Shown here: positions 1-12,959 of the stretch, one piece after another | Numbering within the stretch: position 1 is the first letter of the stretch | Layout of the letters: each line of letters begins with the position of its first letter | NCBI GenBank assembly: GCA_036172245.1 | Contig: JAYWIR010000059.1 | Location: 558,001-622,000, forward strand | DNA length: 64,000 bases | Direction of reading: 5' to 3' | DNA from: Raillietiella orientalis | Taxonomy: Eukaryota | Program-made: the position numbers and the translations under genes | Notes under the pieces: model-generated | Database searches by the model: none | The model's input: the letters and a program-made list of their open reading frames with translations, nothing else | What the model was told of the DNA's origin: nothing

Positions 1-3000
1 TCTTCCGCTTGGAAGGGCAGGTTGCAGCCACGCCTTCGGCGATCCAACGCTCCACGAGCCGCCATGCGACGACTTGCGTCCGCTCGACTTCCCGGTCGAA
101 CCGCACATCCGCACGGAGGCCGTGCTGCCCTTGCCGACATCCGCGCAAGCGGGACGTGGGTGTTCCGCGAGCGTCTGGGACCCTTCGGCAAGTCGTGGCA
201 ACAAGTTGCTACGACGACGGCAGCAGTCCGGAGAAGGGTCCGTGTGTCCTTCCCTTGCCGTCCAAGAGATCGTTCCGGCTGCAGGGCCAGGCCTGGAGCG
301 ACCTTGGGGTCGACGGGAACGCTGACCGGCGCAGGCGCACGCTCAGTGTCGCTCCTCCGTCGGCACCTTGTTTCCGGTGCGCCTGCAGTGGCGCGCATAG
401 CTCATCATCCCCAAACTGACGCTGCTGGTTGGCTGCGCCAGGCCCTGCGATCCGCCCTCGCGGCTCAGCCTGCAATCCGGATGGGCCCTGACCCGGCTTC
501 GCCGCCTCCGTCGCCTGCGAACCGATTCCCCGAGGGCTCCTCCAGTCCAGGTGGCCACGCGTGGCAATATTCGCTCGCCGTGCCTCGCGTCACGACGCGT
601 CTACGAGGCTCCGCCGACTTCATTCTGGCCGTCGTCAATGCGATCAACTCCGTCCAGGAGTCGGAAACGCCCAAGGCCTAGCCACGCGCTTCCCGGAGTT
701 TCTCGCATTGGGACGCTGAGCCTGCAACAAATCAAATCTTTGCTGCCGCATTGACGGTGCGCTTGACTCCCTGACCTGCAGCGCCGCCCTGCCGCTTCTG
801 TCGGGTGGGGCCGATCTCCAAAATTTTCCGGAGTCCGGGCAATCCATTCTGCCCGCTCTTGTTCCGCCCAGAAGAGGGGCGCCGTCCGAGGTCAAGATAG
901 CCGCTGCTGTGAGAGGATGCACCGAAAGCGAGCGAGGTGGCGCTCGCTCGAGAACGCCATCCAGGATCTTCGGCGACGTGAGAAGTTCCATGGCAACGCC
1001 CCGCGACAAGAATGCCAGAGAGTCCCCTCCCTCCATTCCCACAGGAACCCACAGACGGACGGACGTGAACGCAAACTGCGGGCGGGCGCCCTCATTTCCG
1101 ACGTCGCTATCGCTGCGTGCAATTGGCCACCAGTTTGCGCGCTCACTCGGAATGAGGACTTTCGTTGGCGCTTCCGGAGACGCAGCGCTTCGGTGCCCAT
1201 CAGCAGCAGCCTCGAGGAGCCGCCAACTGAGTCATCGCGCCGTCCCATTCCATATCCGCTGCAGCTGCAACTCTTTCGCGCGAACTATTCGATCCTTTCT
1301 TCGTCGGGGAGCGGCTGCGCGGATGTCTCGACGTCTGCCACACCGCTGCCCGTGGGCCAGATTCGCCCGTGCAGTCGCCTCCTCCCGCTGAGGACGCCGG
1401 GCACGCGAGCATCCGCCGCTCGTCCCGACGAATCCACTCGTCCTCACGGGACGAAAGCGGCGGATGTCCACGCACCGCTCCCGGGTCCCTGGGCTTTCGA
1501 TCCACCGTGGAGGGAGCGTGCATCGACCTGCGCGATGCGCGGACCAAGGTCTTCTCTCGCGCTCGAGTAAGAAAACGGTCGTTTTCTGCGACAACCGTTC
1601 CCACTACCAGAAGAACGCAGCGGAATGCTCCCGTGCCTCGCGCGCGCGCTTCGCTTGCCAAATTCCGGGTGGGCAGGTGACTCTCCCGATTCGGTTTCGC
1701 TGCCTGAGAGCGCTCAGGAAAGCTGGTCGCCTCCGCAGCTTGCCCTTTGGCCGCGCGCCGTGCGCACGCCTTGAGGCTCCATCGATTCCTCCCGTCTCCA
1801 CTGCGCTTCCCGATGCACACGGCTCCACAAAGATTGGATGCTCACTGATGGGGCGGATGCAATTCGAGCTCCGCTTTTCGCCCACTTCCGCCGTGGGAAC
1901 GCGCCTCGTTTCCTCGCGTCCGCCTTGCACGGGCGAGAAGAGATTTGGACGAGAACGCGCGGGCCTCTCGCAGGTCCGAAGAGGACGCAGCCAACCACCG
2001 GGCGGGGTCCCCGCGATCCGTAGGGGGCCGCACTGGGATGGAGAGGCGCCGACGGCGCCGACCTTGAATTGAGCGCGCGTGTCGCTGTAGGCGATTACTC
2101 TCCCGGGAAGCCGCCTCAGAATGGCCGCGGTTCGTGTTGGAACCGCAGGTCGAGCAGTTCCTGCTGGCAGCTGATGTTGCTGGAAGCGGTTGCGCGCAGC
2201 TTGGATGCCTTCTCGGTCAGGGAATATCGTTTCGCCGTTCCGGTGGACTTCCAGGCAGCTCCGGGAATCCTCCGCAAGTTGCTCGCAGGCGACCGTGCGC
2301 GGCATCGAAGAGGTGACTGCTCTTTCTCGAGGCGTCTGTGGAACGCGCGACCATCGCCGAACGTGGTCCAAGGTGTCTTGCACGGATTGAGTTGCCGACC
2401 ATCTGCTCGGCACCGACCCCTCTCTGCCCTGCTACCGCCGTTGGGAGGGACGCAGTCTTTTGCGACGGAGCAATCCCTCGATAGGCCCAGGAGAGCCCAC
2501 TGAAGCAGCGCGCGACTGCTCCGTGGAACGCGATGATAGCGGAGGCCAGCGGCAGTGCGTTTCCATAGTCTGCGGATGGATTCAGCAGCGGGGTGCATCC
2601 AGGAAAATCTCGTGGCTTTGGACGCGTTCCGACTGCGCGGTCGGGCTTTCCCAGGTGGACGCGGCGAAGAATTCCGCAGACTCGCCGACCATGCCGCAGC
2701 CATTCCCGGACCATTTCCTAGGGTTGCAGGCGTTGCTGTCGGTGGTGGCGGCGTTTCTGGAGAGCCGATCGACAAACCGCGGGCCCTGTTCTCTGGTGGC
2801 GGGTGCTGGCTGCTCCGTAGCAACCATCTGGAAGCAGCTGCCCCTGTCTGAGCTCGGTTTGGTGCCGCGACTGCCGAGAAGCGGGGACGTGGCCTCACTT
2901 TGAGGTCACTCGGAAGCGTCCCTGGGATCGCCGCTCGCGCGGTTCTTCGCGTCTCGCTGCGTTTCTTCGAGTTTCTTGGACGGCTTTCTCGCTGGCGACC

Positions 3001-3191
3001 GTTCCGTTCGTTTGTCTTCGGGAAGCGGACGCGTGAGCGCGCGATTTCGCGGGCGAGGCGCGCGATGGGGAGGCGTGGTCAAGCAGGCTATTCGTGTCAA
3101 TGCAGGCTGCTTGCAATACCTCAAATGACTTCGTCGGCTCGGGTTGACGTGGTCGACGTGGCAAGTTGGACGCGGCAGATCGAAGTCAAGC
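1..3191. repeat. Left arm of a large GC-rich inverted repeat (may extend left of the window)
   Basis: 1276..3191 is the reverse complement of 62086..64000. Mirrored ORFs translate identically (e.g. 2116..2898- = 62378..63160+, 1604..2413- = 62863..63672+). The only differences I found are a substitution at 1633/63643 and an extra C at 3148. Confidence 0.97.
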
Positions 3192-5149
3192 AGTCAAGCA
3201 GAAGCCATTAGTCTTGTTGTTTTTGATGGGCTGGGACGAGCATTCCAATGTGTTCCACCCATCTAAAATGCATTTGTTCCTGTTTCGCGATACTGAATGA
3301 TGTGATAAAAGGCTGTAAAAATAGGAAAGAAATTTCCCAGAATGTGAGACTTTTTCTTTTCTTTGAAGTATTCTATTTCTGAAATGTTGTGTTTTCTTTC
3401 TATTTTTTATTCAGTTATCTTCTTTTTTCCTTGAAAGGACTCCGTATTTTCATAAAGATGAGTGGATGGACTCTGCTCTTTCACTGCCCACGGTTTTATA
3501 AGAAAAAGCCTTGAATAATGAAGATCCAGCTATACTGAAACTGGCTGGAGGAATTTTTCAAAAAGCAAAGGGCGATTTCTTCTGAAGAGGGAAGTCGAGC
3601 GTGCTTGATGGAGAGCTTTCTTATCATATTTCAGAATTTCTGGGTACGTTCCGCCTGGTCTCTGCGCTCTTCCCCGTTTATGAAGTTGCATGCAGATGAC
3701 CCCTTTGTTGTCATATATCTTATTAGAAAGCTTTGTGTGTGTGTGTGTTTTTTTTCCTGCTTGTTCTATTTGGGTGGAAATTTCGGGCTTTTTAGTTTTT
3801 TCTTCCCCTGCGTGGTCTATAAGCTGAGGATGCATGGAGTTCGTTCTGTAGTTTGTTGGGCTTGATTAACGTAAACTGCAAAGCTCATCTGAGCTCTTAG
3901 ACTTTGAGTACTTCTTTGTTCATGAAGAGCTCAAAGCCAAAAGGGAATGCGGAAGTATTTGTTCCGCAAAGGAGCGTCAGAACATTCCAGTATAAACGTT
4001 AGAACAGGACATTTCACAGGCGAAGGGAGCTCGATGCTTCATGGCAAAATGCACCGATGGAACCTCCGGTCTCCAGGGAAACGTCATAAAATTCATTATG
4101 AAGGAAAATAGAGGATCTGAGTTGTCGTAATTAAAAGTCTGCTAAGGATGCTTCATACTAAAGCGAGAAATATTCCTTCATTTCATTTTGCACGGTGAAG
4201 GCAACTGTTGACGGCTGCAGTGCTTGAAGCGCGAGTGTAAAAAGAAGCCATCGAAGAAAACACGAGTTGCATTGAGAAGGAACTTTATAGAATAAGTAAC
4301 AAGGTAAATAATAAATCTCAGTCATGTATAAATAAAGGGCAACGTCTCGAAGATGTGCATAGATTTCTTGAGAAGAGTACACATTTTTTTCGAGCACTTG
4401 TGTTTTCGTGTGCAAACTTGGAGCCAGAATCGAGAACGATTTCCATCCTTCCACAGGCAATCCCAGCACAGATGTTGATAGACGCTGTTGAGTCAACAGC
4501 GTGTGGCGCATGATCAGCAAACTGGAAGCTGTCTGGTTATCTGTCTGTTTCATTCCTCAAGATACGTCTTCATCGAAGCATTCTTCTGTTTATATCGCAC
4601 TTTCTCGTTTATGAATGAGAAAAGTAAGAGAACACATAATTTTTGAAATTATAAGAGAATCATAACAAGTGCATTTATGAAATTAATGAGATTTAAATCA
4701 CAGACTTGAAAAAATGTCACTGAGGGTGTGAGCGTAAGAGAAGATTGTATTGGAATGTTGAGTCAAGAATCTCGAAATTCTGCAAAAGAATCAGTATAAG
4801 CGGATAAAGAGGAATCAGGATATGCTTTTCTGGTTTTCTTACCAAATTGCAATGTGTACAATGCATTTTTTTTTTTTTTTCACTGGAAAAATCTCTGAAT
4901 TGCTCCAGAGAAATTTGCCTGTGTAGAATTTTGACTATTTACTAAGAACGAGCAATCTGTTTTCAGGAGAAACTCAATGCTTTTACCAAACACAAAATAG
5001 TTTCCCTCTTGTTCCTGTAAGCATCATATGAAAGATGAACTTTTCGAGAAAAAAATAAATTATAAAATACTTACATACACTCAAAATGGATGGTTCACAG
5101 ATCAGAAACGTGTAAACTCTTGTGAAATTTTTATATGAAAATTTCAACA

Positions 5150-6400
5150 CTGGATTTGTGTCGGTGATCTGCAGAGACTCTTGTTTGAAGTACTACTAAG
5201 ATCTGGAACCTTTAGGAATCAGCATGCAAATTTCAAAGTAATTTGGCACTGATCATATCGTAAAAAAAAACATAGCCAAGTGTCTTCCTCATTACACAAA
5301 TTATGCCTGAATTCAAAGCATGAAAATCCAATTAATGTGTGTGGACCTGGGAAGGATTCGAGGGTGTTCGATGGGAATATCAGATAATGAGTAACCGAAA
5401 AGAATGCTTGATAATTACTGGAAGAGACAGGCACGACAGAGACAGATGTATTGATTGGGCTACTTTTCTTCCGCATTAGCATTTTGGAAGCCGAAGGACG
5501 TAATTCAGGCATTCCTAAAATTCATCTGCAAGGAGAAGAAGGAAGCGACAAAGAAAAGCAAATGTAAGAAGATCATGTGTCCAACAGGTAGGCTTCTCAG
5601 CATTAGTCTGATAAAATAAAGTGCATCCCAATAACTCAAAAACAGCTTACCTATTAAAAAATCGCTTTCTGTCTTCTTTCCAGGGATTTCTTATAACACT
5701 CCATGCACTCACTACTCATAAAAGTTGACACAACTCATAAAAGCCATCTGTGAAATCACACTTCTGATACACATGTATAGGAACACCTCGATTGTGACCT
5801 TGACTTCTTTCCATCTTCCAAGTCTTCCTCCGTCTGCAAGAGAAACTCATCAATCATCAAGAGAATCGCAGTTTTTATGCCAATGATTCCATTAACGCAT
5901 TTTTTATCTTCTGAATTGATAGCATCCCTACAAATAGGAAACGGCTGTTATAACTGCCTGAAGTTCCATCAGGATTGGAATATTTTACAACTTGTATGTC
6001 TTCTCCTATTGAAGAAGTCTGGAGAGGCCTACAAAAAAAGGAGGTGGTGGTTGTCATGAGCTTCCAGAAAGGAGATCTCGGATCTCAGATATCTTCTTAT
6101 GAGAGTGGTAGCATGCTATGAAGTCATGCAACACGACTTCATCAATAAACAAAGCTCTGAACATTTCTTCATGAATGCACGCATGCCTTTGTATGCAGCA
6201 TGTTTGTGAGCTCATGTGTTGTGCAGTTCCTTTGAAAATCTCGCGGAATTGGATTACGCGAGGTATGGAAAAGGTTGTAGGAGAGGATTCATCAGTAGCT
6301 GTGTACACAGGAAGCCACACCGAAATACTCAAGAGTGATGGCTTGATTTTCAAAGAATTTTTAAGTTCAAGCGAATTTTCCAAAAGGGCACTTCATAATA
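5150..6400 (-). pseudogene. Possible degenerate EnSpm/CACTA (CMC)-type transposase relic
   Basis: Minus-strand fragments HDNHHLLF (about 6035-6060) and THYLIFPSNTLESFPGPHTLIGFSCFEF (5219..5512 ORF) resemble the D-x-M-H and H-x-L-x-H...GP...F-x-FE motifs of CMC transposases. Many stops and frameshifts. Confidence 0.3.
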
Positions 6401-6425
6401 AAACATTTTTTCATTGCTGTCTCGA

Positions 6426-7440
6426 TTCTCACCCAGGTGCGCCTGGGAGCTCATTCCCTCGAATAAAACATTTTACAGAATTTGTGGCTGGCCCAGTGGT
6501 CCAGCCACGCGCTAGATCAAAGCCTGCTGGGTCACTAGTTCACAGACCAGTGCTGTCCAGCAGAGGGTAGGGGGCATAAACAAAAAGAAAAACAAAAATG
6601 AAAAATAAATGAAAAAACTGGAGGGGACGCGGAAAGGGATCACAGACTGATGGGAGGGTTCGTCATATCCTCTGGAGGATGCCGGCAAGCTCTTCTTGAA
6701 TATTGGATTCCAGGTGGGACCAGTGCGTTGCCATCCTCAGGAAGCGGACGGCGTATTCTCTGGCATCGCTATAGCTGGGTCCTCCTGTCGCGTTGTTCCA
6801 TGCAGCGACAATCCCGCGTAGGCAGCACAAGGCTGCTAGTAAGACCGCTGGTGGGAGAGAGTCTCGAAAGATGAGGGGTCTTATTGAGCTCCTAGGGTTG
6901 CCACAGGGGATACCTTGGGTCTCAGCAAAGTGTTCCCATAGGGACCGGAGGGCAACACAATCCACTAACAGGTGGGAGAGGGATTCCCGCTCCCCGCACC
7001 TAAAGCAATTGGGGTAAACACCACCCGAGTCCAGTGGTGACGGCGGGCATTGCACGGGAGACCCCAGTGCAGCAGCAGCAGCGCCGACTCCTGCCACTTC
7101 AAAGGGAGGGGGTGGGTGTTCATGAGCGCTGGGGGTCACTTCAGATGCTCCAGTGGAACATCCAACAGCTCTCCCGACGCAAAAGTCCATGAGTGGTTGT
7201 ACTCGGGATCGCGGCGTCAGTCAGCAGGCCCGTCTTCCGTTCCCCTATTCTTGCTGTGCTTCTTCTGCCTCGACTTTTCTCCTAATCTCATTAATAAACC
7301 CACACTCATTTCTGGATACGCCAAAGAGTACATAACCTAAGCAGCACTCTTCTTCCTGAATCATTGGGATCTGGCTTCGGTTTCTGGTGAGTACCCAGGA
7401 TACGCCTGGTATCTTCAAATTGTCAGCTCACTTGGAAAGT
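6426..7440 (-). mobile_element. 5'-truncated L1/Tx1-like LINE fragment E (ORF2 C-terminus + 3' UTR + terminal stem-loop)
   Basis: ORF 6663..7190 contains CFRCGERESLSHLLVDC...QEELAGILQR, matching element B ORF2 (CVRCGKRESLPHLLVDC...QQELAGILQR). Nucleotide similarity to 44050..44750. Ends CCCAGG-cgca-CCTGGG-tgagaa at 6426..6450. Confidence 0.9.
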
Positions 7441-8106
7441 TTCTTAGTTCCACAATGAGAGGAAAAAAGAATCTACAGATCAGGAAGCTATTGGCAAGTC
7501 AGTTTCTGTTCAAGCGGGAACTGTCTGAAACGCCGTATCTTTAATTTCAGCCCCATTCGCTTTAAAACAAACCAGAGGGATAAGAATGGGAAAACTGAAG
7601 GATTGTAGTCCACCCGGGAGTAATGAAGCGAAATTTCTGAGAGGAAGTGGAGCTGAGGTCGCAGACAGGTAGAGGGCAGCTGGCGGTCACAGAGAACGTC
7701 ATGAGCACCGCAGCTGAGAAAGGCAGTCATTGTCCCAGAGCAGATTTTGACTTCTGAAGGAGACCTAACCTCTGGATATATTACGCCAGCAGCTGTCGTC
7801 CCTCGGGCCGCATTATGGAAATCCGAACAAGCTTTAAAAGAATTCTGCTGACCCGGGGGACCTCTGCTTCTCTTCGGTTCTTCCTTTCCCTACTTGCGCC
7901 TTCCCGTTCGATTTCCAGGACACAAACCAAGTGCCTTGCCAAGGAAATCTTAACTGCACAGCATCTGATAGCATCTGCAGGTGCTTCCTCTGAAGGCATA
8001 CGCAGTTCGCATTTGACTTAGCTCATGAACGAGCTTATCGGCATAGGCATCCATGAGAAATATGCGACATCGCTCGCGTATCGCAAACTTAACGAAGAGC
8101 TAAAGA

Positions 8107-9190
8107 TTTGTACCTGGTCACTCTGGGATCTTCGGTCAAAAAATAAAACACAAGTCAGAGGGGAGCGACACCCTTTGAATACAAGGAATGCCCCCCTTCC
8201 CCCCTCCCTCCCAAAAAACGAAATTCATTGGAGATGACCACGAGCACGCAAACCGGTTTCTAAAAAGTAGGAAACCTAGGAAGGACACAACAAATAAATG
8301 AAAAAAGATGGGAGGGTAGGGACCAAGGTCGTTGGTTCCAATCGTTCCTTTCTTCCAAAAAGTGGCTATGTATAGTGAAGATTCCGTGAAAAACTCTTCC
8401 GGCAGATGGATCAGCTGCCCTCATGAAGGCGGCTGCCATGCTCGTAGTCTTCCGTCGCTGCAAACGTGACTCCGACACATGGAGAACTGTCACTATGGCA
8501 CGGATGCAGCAGATGGATGCGATCATAGCACCCTTCTTCAGCTCGTCTTCGGTGAAGAATCATCGCATCACGTCCAAAGCGGTTTCCTGAGGTTGATGGA
8601 GCGCCAAAACGAGTCTCTGCCACAAGTCTTCCAGGGAACTGCAGTCCAATAGGAGGTGCGGAAGCGATTCCATCGCCCCGCACCTGGAACCGTTTGGGAA
8701 GCAAATCCCCAGGTGTGTGCGAAAATTGCACCGAATCCTGCCATTGCAGAAATAGCAGGGCGTCCTATGGTTTCCAATGGAGAGAGAGCACGGAGGTGTC
8801 CTCACACAGGGAAGGGACCACGAGTTCTTCGGGGGACACACCAAGCAGGTCATTCCACCGAAATCGCCCTTTAGTCCAGCAGCGGGAAGTGGTGCTGTCC
8901 ACCAGCTCGTTCTTCTTGCATCCATCGAAGAGTTCTCGACTCCTTCAATTTGCAGAACTCCCACCCCGCTGGTTTCCTGATGACATTGTTGTTCCTGAGG
9001 ACAAATAGTGCTGCGGCAATGGGTGTGACGGTTATTCGAAACCACTGTGTCCAGTCATGTAGATCTCCCAGCAGTTTGCATAGGAGTTTCCACAGCAGAC
9101 GAAGTTCCCCTGGGCGCACGTCCAAGTGGCAACCAGAGACTCCAGTGGCTCCTGTTGCCGAAGAGATAAAGAGAGGCTTTCCTGGGTAAC
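8107..9190 (-). mobile_element. 5'-truncated L1/Tx1-like LINE fragment G (A/F-like subfamily)
   Basis: ORF 8560..9045 has RCGAMESLPHLLLDC..LWQRLVLALHQPQETALDVMR versus element A RCGEVETLPHLLLDC..LWRRLASALLHQGDTARDLMR. 8400..8525 and the 3' UTR align with 52965..53381. Confidence 0.85.
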
Positions 9191-9310
9191 AAGAGTTTCA
9201 TCTGATTCTGTCTAGATGCAGTTGATGTCTTACTTTGCCTTATTCCTATATGCGAGTTTTCCCTGTTCTAAGTCCTGTGCTAAGGACCAAAGAACGATTA
9301 GTGGCTATCC

Positions 9311-9356
9311 GATTGGTGAGACTCCAAAGGCTAATGCCTTTGGAGTCTCACCAATC
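9311..9356. repeat. Perfect 21-bp hairpin with 4-nt loop
   Basis: gattggtgagactccaaaggc-taat-gcctttggagtctcaccaatc. Confidence 0.97.
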
Positions 9357-10589
9357 TCCTGCTCATGGACTCGCTTTCCAGAGAAGAGCCTCGGAAAGTA
9401 CGCGGTAGCCCGCTCCTAAAGTGCGGGAGAAGACACAGGAAAGAAGTCTTCAAGCGTTTTCAGTGTCGGCCCCGGTAGGATTCTTCAGGGAGGGCACTGA
9501 GTAGGGAACATCAAGGAGAAGATACAAAAGAGAGCAGGCGATGACAGGATCAAAGAGTCTCATACGAGTCCTTGAATGCCACTTGCAATCCTCTCCTGAT
9601 TCTTGGATTCATTCTCAGCACGTATTCTTCATTCTCAATTCTAATGCATGATAGTCAATGTTTACTTTGATAGACTGCTCCTTGCGAGCGGAAGATGAAA
9701 AGGAAAAGCATTAGTGTTGGCTCTTCTACTACTACTACCAATGGTAATAATGAGTCCTGGTGTGAAAATCATTTGGCTTTCATACAGCACGACCCATCCA
9801 GAGTTGTCTCCATGGATCAGAAAGCTTTGAGCTGATCATTTGGTAGGAGCTTCGATTATCTCGAGATGGCTTCTTGGGAAAAGGCAATGAGAAGGCAAGA
9901 TGGTGAACTACGTTAGGACGGTGCGCTGTGTTCACAAATGAATTCTGAAACAATGCAAAGAACAGTTCTGCATCCAGCTCCCAAATCTTTCAAGGGTTTT
10001 ATCCACGGAAAAAAGAAAAAGAAAAAAAAGGAAGATGCCACTTATATGACACGTTGCATCGCTGGCGACCGATGATATGGAGGTAGAGATCCAGAGATCT
10101 CAAATCCTTTTGATTGTTTATTTCAGCTCTCAGACACTGAGACCTACTTGTTATGGTTCTCTCTATTCGCGACTGGCCACACAGAACTTTCTGCAAGCGA
10201 AACAATTGCGGGGAAACGCTCGAGTCCCAGGATCCAACCCTCTCGATTTCCAGTTTGCAATGCGACTTCGTGGTCAGCGATTTGACATCGAAGATCAGTT
10301 TCCATATTTCCGATTAATTCGATGTCAGCCTCGAGCTGCAAGTAGTAACGCTTGGCTGACAAGAAATCTGAGCACAGACTGCTTTGATTTACATGAGTCT
10401 TCCCCACAATCAGATTCTTTATATCAGCGAACACGTCGAGAACTTTCTCACGTTCGGAGGGCTTCTATCAGGATACTACAACCATTGCAATGATGCGCTC
10501 TGCCAATGTCCTTTCGTTCCTCTATTCCTTATGTACATTCTCCGGGAATGTATAGTTCTAGCTTTGAAAGAACTTATTGAACTTACGGA

Positions 10590-11325
10590 AGGTGGAAATC
10601 TTCCTGGGTTCTTTTCTGTATTCGCTGCTTTCCTTTCAGCTTTTTTTTTTTTTGGCTTGCTGAGTACCTCAAGATCCGTCGCACACCTGGCTCACGCAGC
10701 TCTTTGACACTGTTCCAAGCCACCCGAGGGTGCGTATGATTCTTCAAGATAGGGGGTACTCCTGGAGAGCTCCGAAGAAGGGAGTCCATTCCTCCCACGC
10801 CTGGGAGGGAACCTCGAAGGGGTTCGCTCCATTTTTTTTCTCCGAAGGGAACCCAAGGAACTCCGGAAAGGACCGGCTATTAGGAATTTCTTCTGGAGAG
10901 GGAACCCGTAAGGGAACCGCTCCTGTTTACTCCTCTGAAAAGAACCCCGAAGAAACGCTTCCGAAATTTCTCAGAAGGGCTCTCCCCGAAGGGAGTGGCA
11001 CGCTTCTCTGCACGCTGGAGAGGTACTCCATGGTACAAGACGGAGGATACATCCACGATAGGGGAGGGACGGCTCCTTTGCACAACCGGAGAGGAACTAC
11101 CACTTCTTGATTCTGTTTCCTGGAAGGACTCCAGAGGGTCGACTCCCAATCCCGGTCACTCATCGAGGGCATCCGGTTTGAACCGCTACCAGTGCCGCAC
11201 CCGAAGACGGGTCCACCAGCGTCATCTTGCAGGAGGAACTGGGTTCCACGACGCATCCTCGATTTCTCGGCGTTGATCCTTCCCTGGGTGGGATTCGAAC
11301 CCACAACGCTTGGTGCCACGCGCGG
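10590..11325 (-). mobile_element. SINE-like repeat copy 1 (tRNA-related head, A-rich 3' region)
   Basis: Minus strand reads cgtggcaccaagcgttgtgGGTTCGAATCCcaccc (B box at 11291..11301). Collinear over about 730 bp with 40150..40920 (+) and 36415..37390 (-). A-tract near 10640. Confidence 0.8.
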
Positions 11326-11334
11326 CCTCCAACG

Positions 11335-11541
11335 CTGGCCTCTCTGCTAGTCTGCAGCGCCGGGGAGGTGGGCTCCGAGGGCATCTTCCGGGGCAGCGCC
11401 CGGCAGCGCCTACAACCGGTGGTCAGGGAGGCACTTCGACCGCGTGGACGCGGTACACACGCTCCACGCGCGGGACTTCGAGGTCTTTCGCATCCACTCG
11501 GGCACCTTCCTGGAGATCGCCAACGGCATGGATCCTGGATG
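11335..11541 (+). pseudogene. Orphan GC-rich exon fragment encoding an EPTP/EAR-type repeat (TSPEAR/LGI/Closca-like)
   Basis: Removing a 10-nt tandem duplication (11401..11410) gives LASLLVCSAGEVGSEGIFRGSAYNRWSGRHFDRVDAVHTLHARDFEVFRIHSGTFLEIANG. This fits the EPTP pattern S-x-IYRW-x-G-xx-F...T-xx-A-x-D-x-E-x-F-x-I...FL-x-VAN. Confidence 0.6.
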
Positions 11542-12959
11542 GATGTCTATTTGATACTCGAAACAATCTGCGCAGTTGCTTGCCATTCACAGATACAAAA
11601 GCGGTAGTCTTGGTCACTGAAAGTCGTACCCCATTTCCTTGTATCACGCGCTTCGTTTGTATCGTTGGTATCTATAGTAAATTGCTCGTGTAACTGATTA
11701 CCATCAGCAAAGTCTGCTATGAACGAATCATACATCGAACGACACGATTGTAAAAAAAAAAAGTTCCTCGTTGTATGCGATGCAACTCTTTCTCTGTGGG
11801 TCCCGACTTTTGTTCGCGTTCTCTGCTTGGTGCTATGTGAGGCATCGGCACTCTATAATAATTGTGTGTACATCTTTTGTAGTAGCTTGTGTGATGCCTC
11901 GTTTGTGCTAGAAGTTAAGCTGATTTCAGGCAGAAGCAAGATAGAGTGACTTGAAAAATTGAGCATCTGTCCAGCTTTCTTCAGAGGGAAAATCCCTCGA
12001 AAAGAATTATGTTTTCCGAGTATGCTGGCAAATGTTCTAGATTGATGTTCCATGCATTCCCATTATTAATGGTTCGAATCGTTACTGGGAGAAACTTCGG
12101 AAGTAGTGCTCCCTTTCGTTTCCGTAACACATTCGTTTATACAACAGACGTTGCTGGAAAATAACTGGGTGCGGAAATAAACCATTAAATAATTATAAGA
12201 AAAACCAGCGCTGTGAATGCAATATGAACACCACGATTATCTTGAAAAAAAAGGAAAAAGCAAAAAATTGACACTGAAAGGGGTAGCGAACAGGAGGTGA
12301 TGAGCCATATGCTACTCCTGGTGGTTTAGGGCGAGCTTTGCTTTCACTCTCTAAATGACCAAGTTTTGAAGGAAAATGATGACCAAAATGCTAGGCTTTT
12401 TTTTCTTTTCTTTTTTTTTTTTAAAAAAAGTTTTGTTTGAAATTCAATTCTTTTTGAAAAGGTCCTAGCCTCCTGAATCCACTGGTTACTCCTTCATCAA
12501 AAATATTCCCGTTGCTCCACAGAAGTTGACAACAAACCCATGACTACTTCGAATCCTCATTTTCAGCTCAGGTGTTGTGATATCCCATGGCTTCTGCTTC
12601 CTCTAGCTCCAAGTTTCAATCTTCACCATACCGAGCTTGGGCTGATCCGGAATGCCAGGACGCTCGGAATTTCGATAAGTTCAACGCTTCTTCTCTCGTT
12701 ATGCACCACGAGCATATTGCAGGATCGACGATTTTCTGCAATGAATGTGCTTCAGTGCTATCAGTATGCAAGAAACACACGCACTCCCCCTAGAGTTCCC
12801 ACAGTTCCGGAATTCGAGGTACTGTTCGAATGGAGGTAAAGCAGTGGTCTCATAGCTGTAAGCTCATCGCACAGAAGCGGAGGAACAGGGATGAAAAAAG
12901 ACTCAGTTCTAAAATCACTTGAAAGAAATAAAACATTTCTCCAGACATCCTAGGTCAGC

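Noticed and set aside
1..3191. Long overlapping ORFs in the inverted arms as real genes, or the arms as rDNA
   Set aside because: The ORFs occur in all six frames with the Arg/Pro/Ala/Ser-rich composition expected of GC-rich DNA. No conserved rRNA motifs and no telomeric repeat at position 1. QLNPCKTPW only faintly recalls the Tc1 DLNPIENLW motif, without supporting DDE motifs.
11270..11330. Functional tRNA genes at the GGTTCGAATCC motifs (also 37320..37380 and 40150..40260)
   Set aside because: No complete cloverleaf or acceptor stem could be built. The motifs are the head of a longer dispersed repeat.
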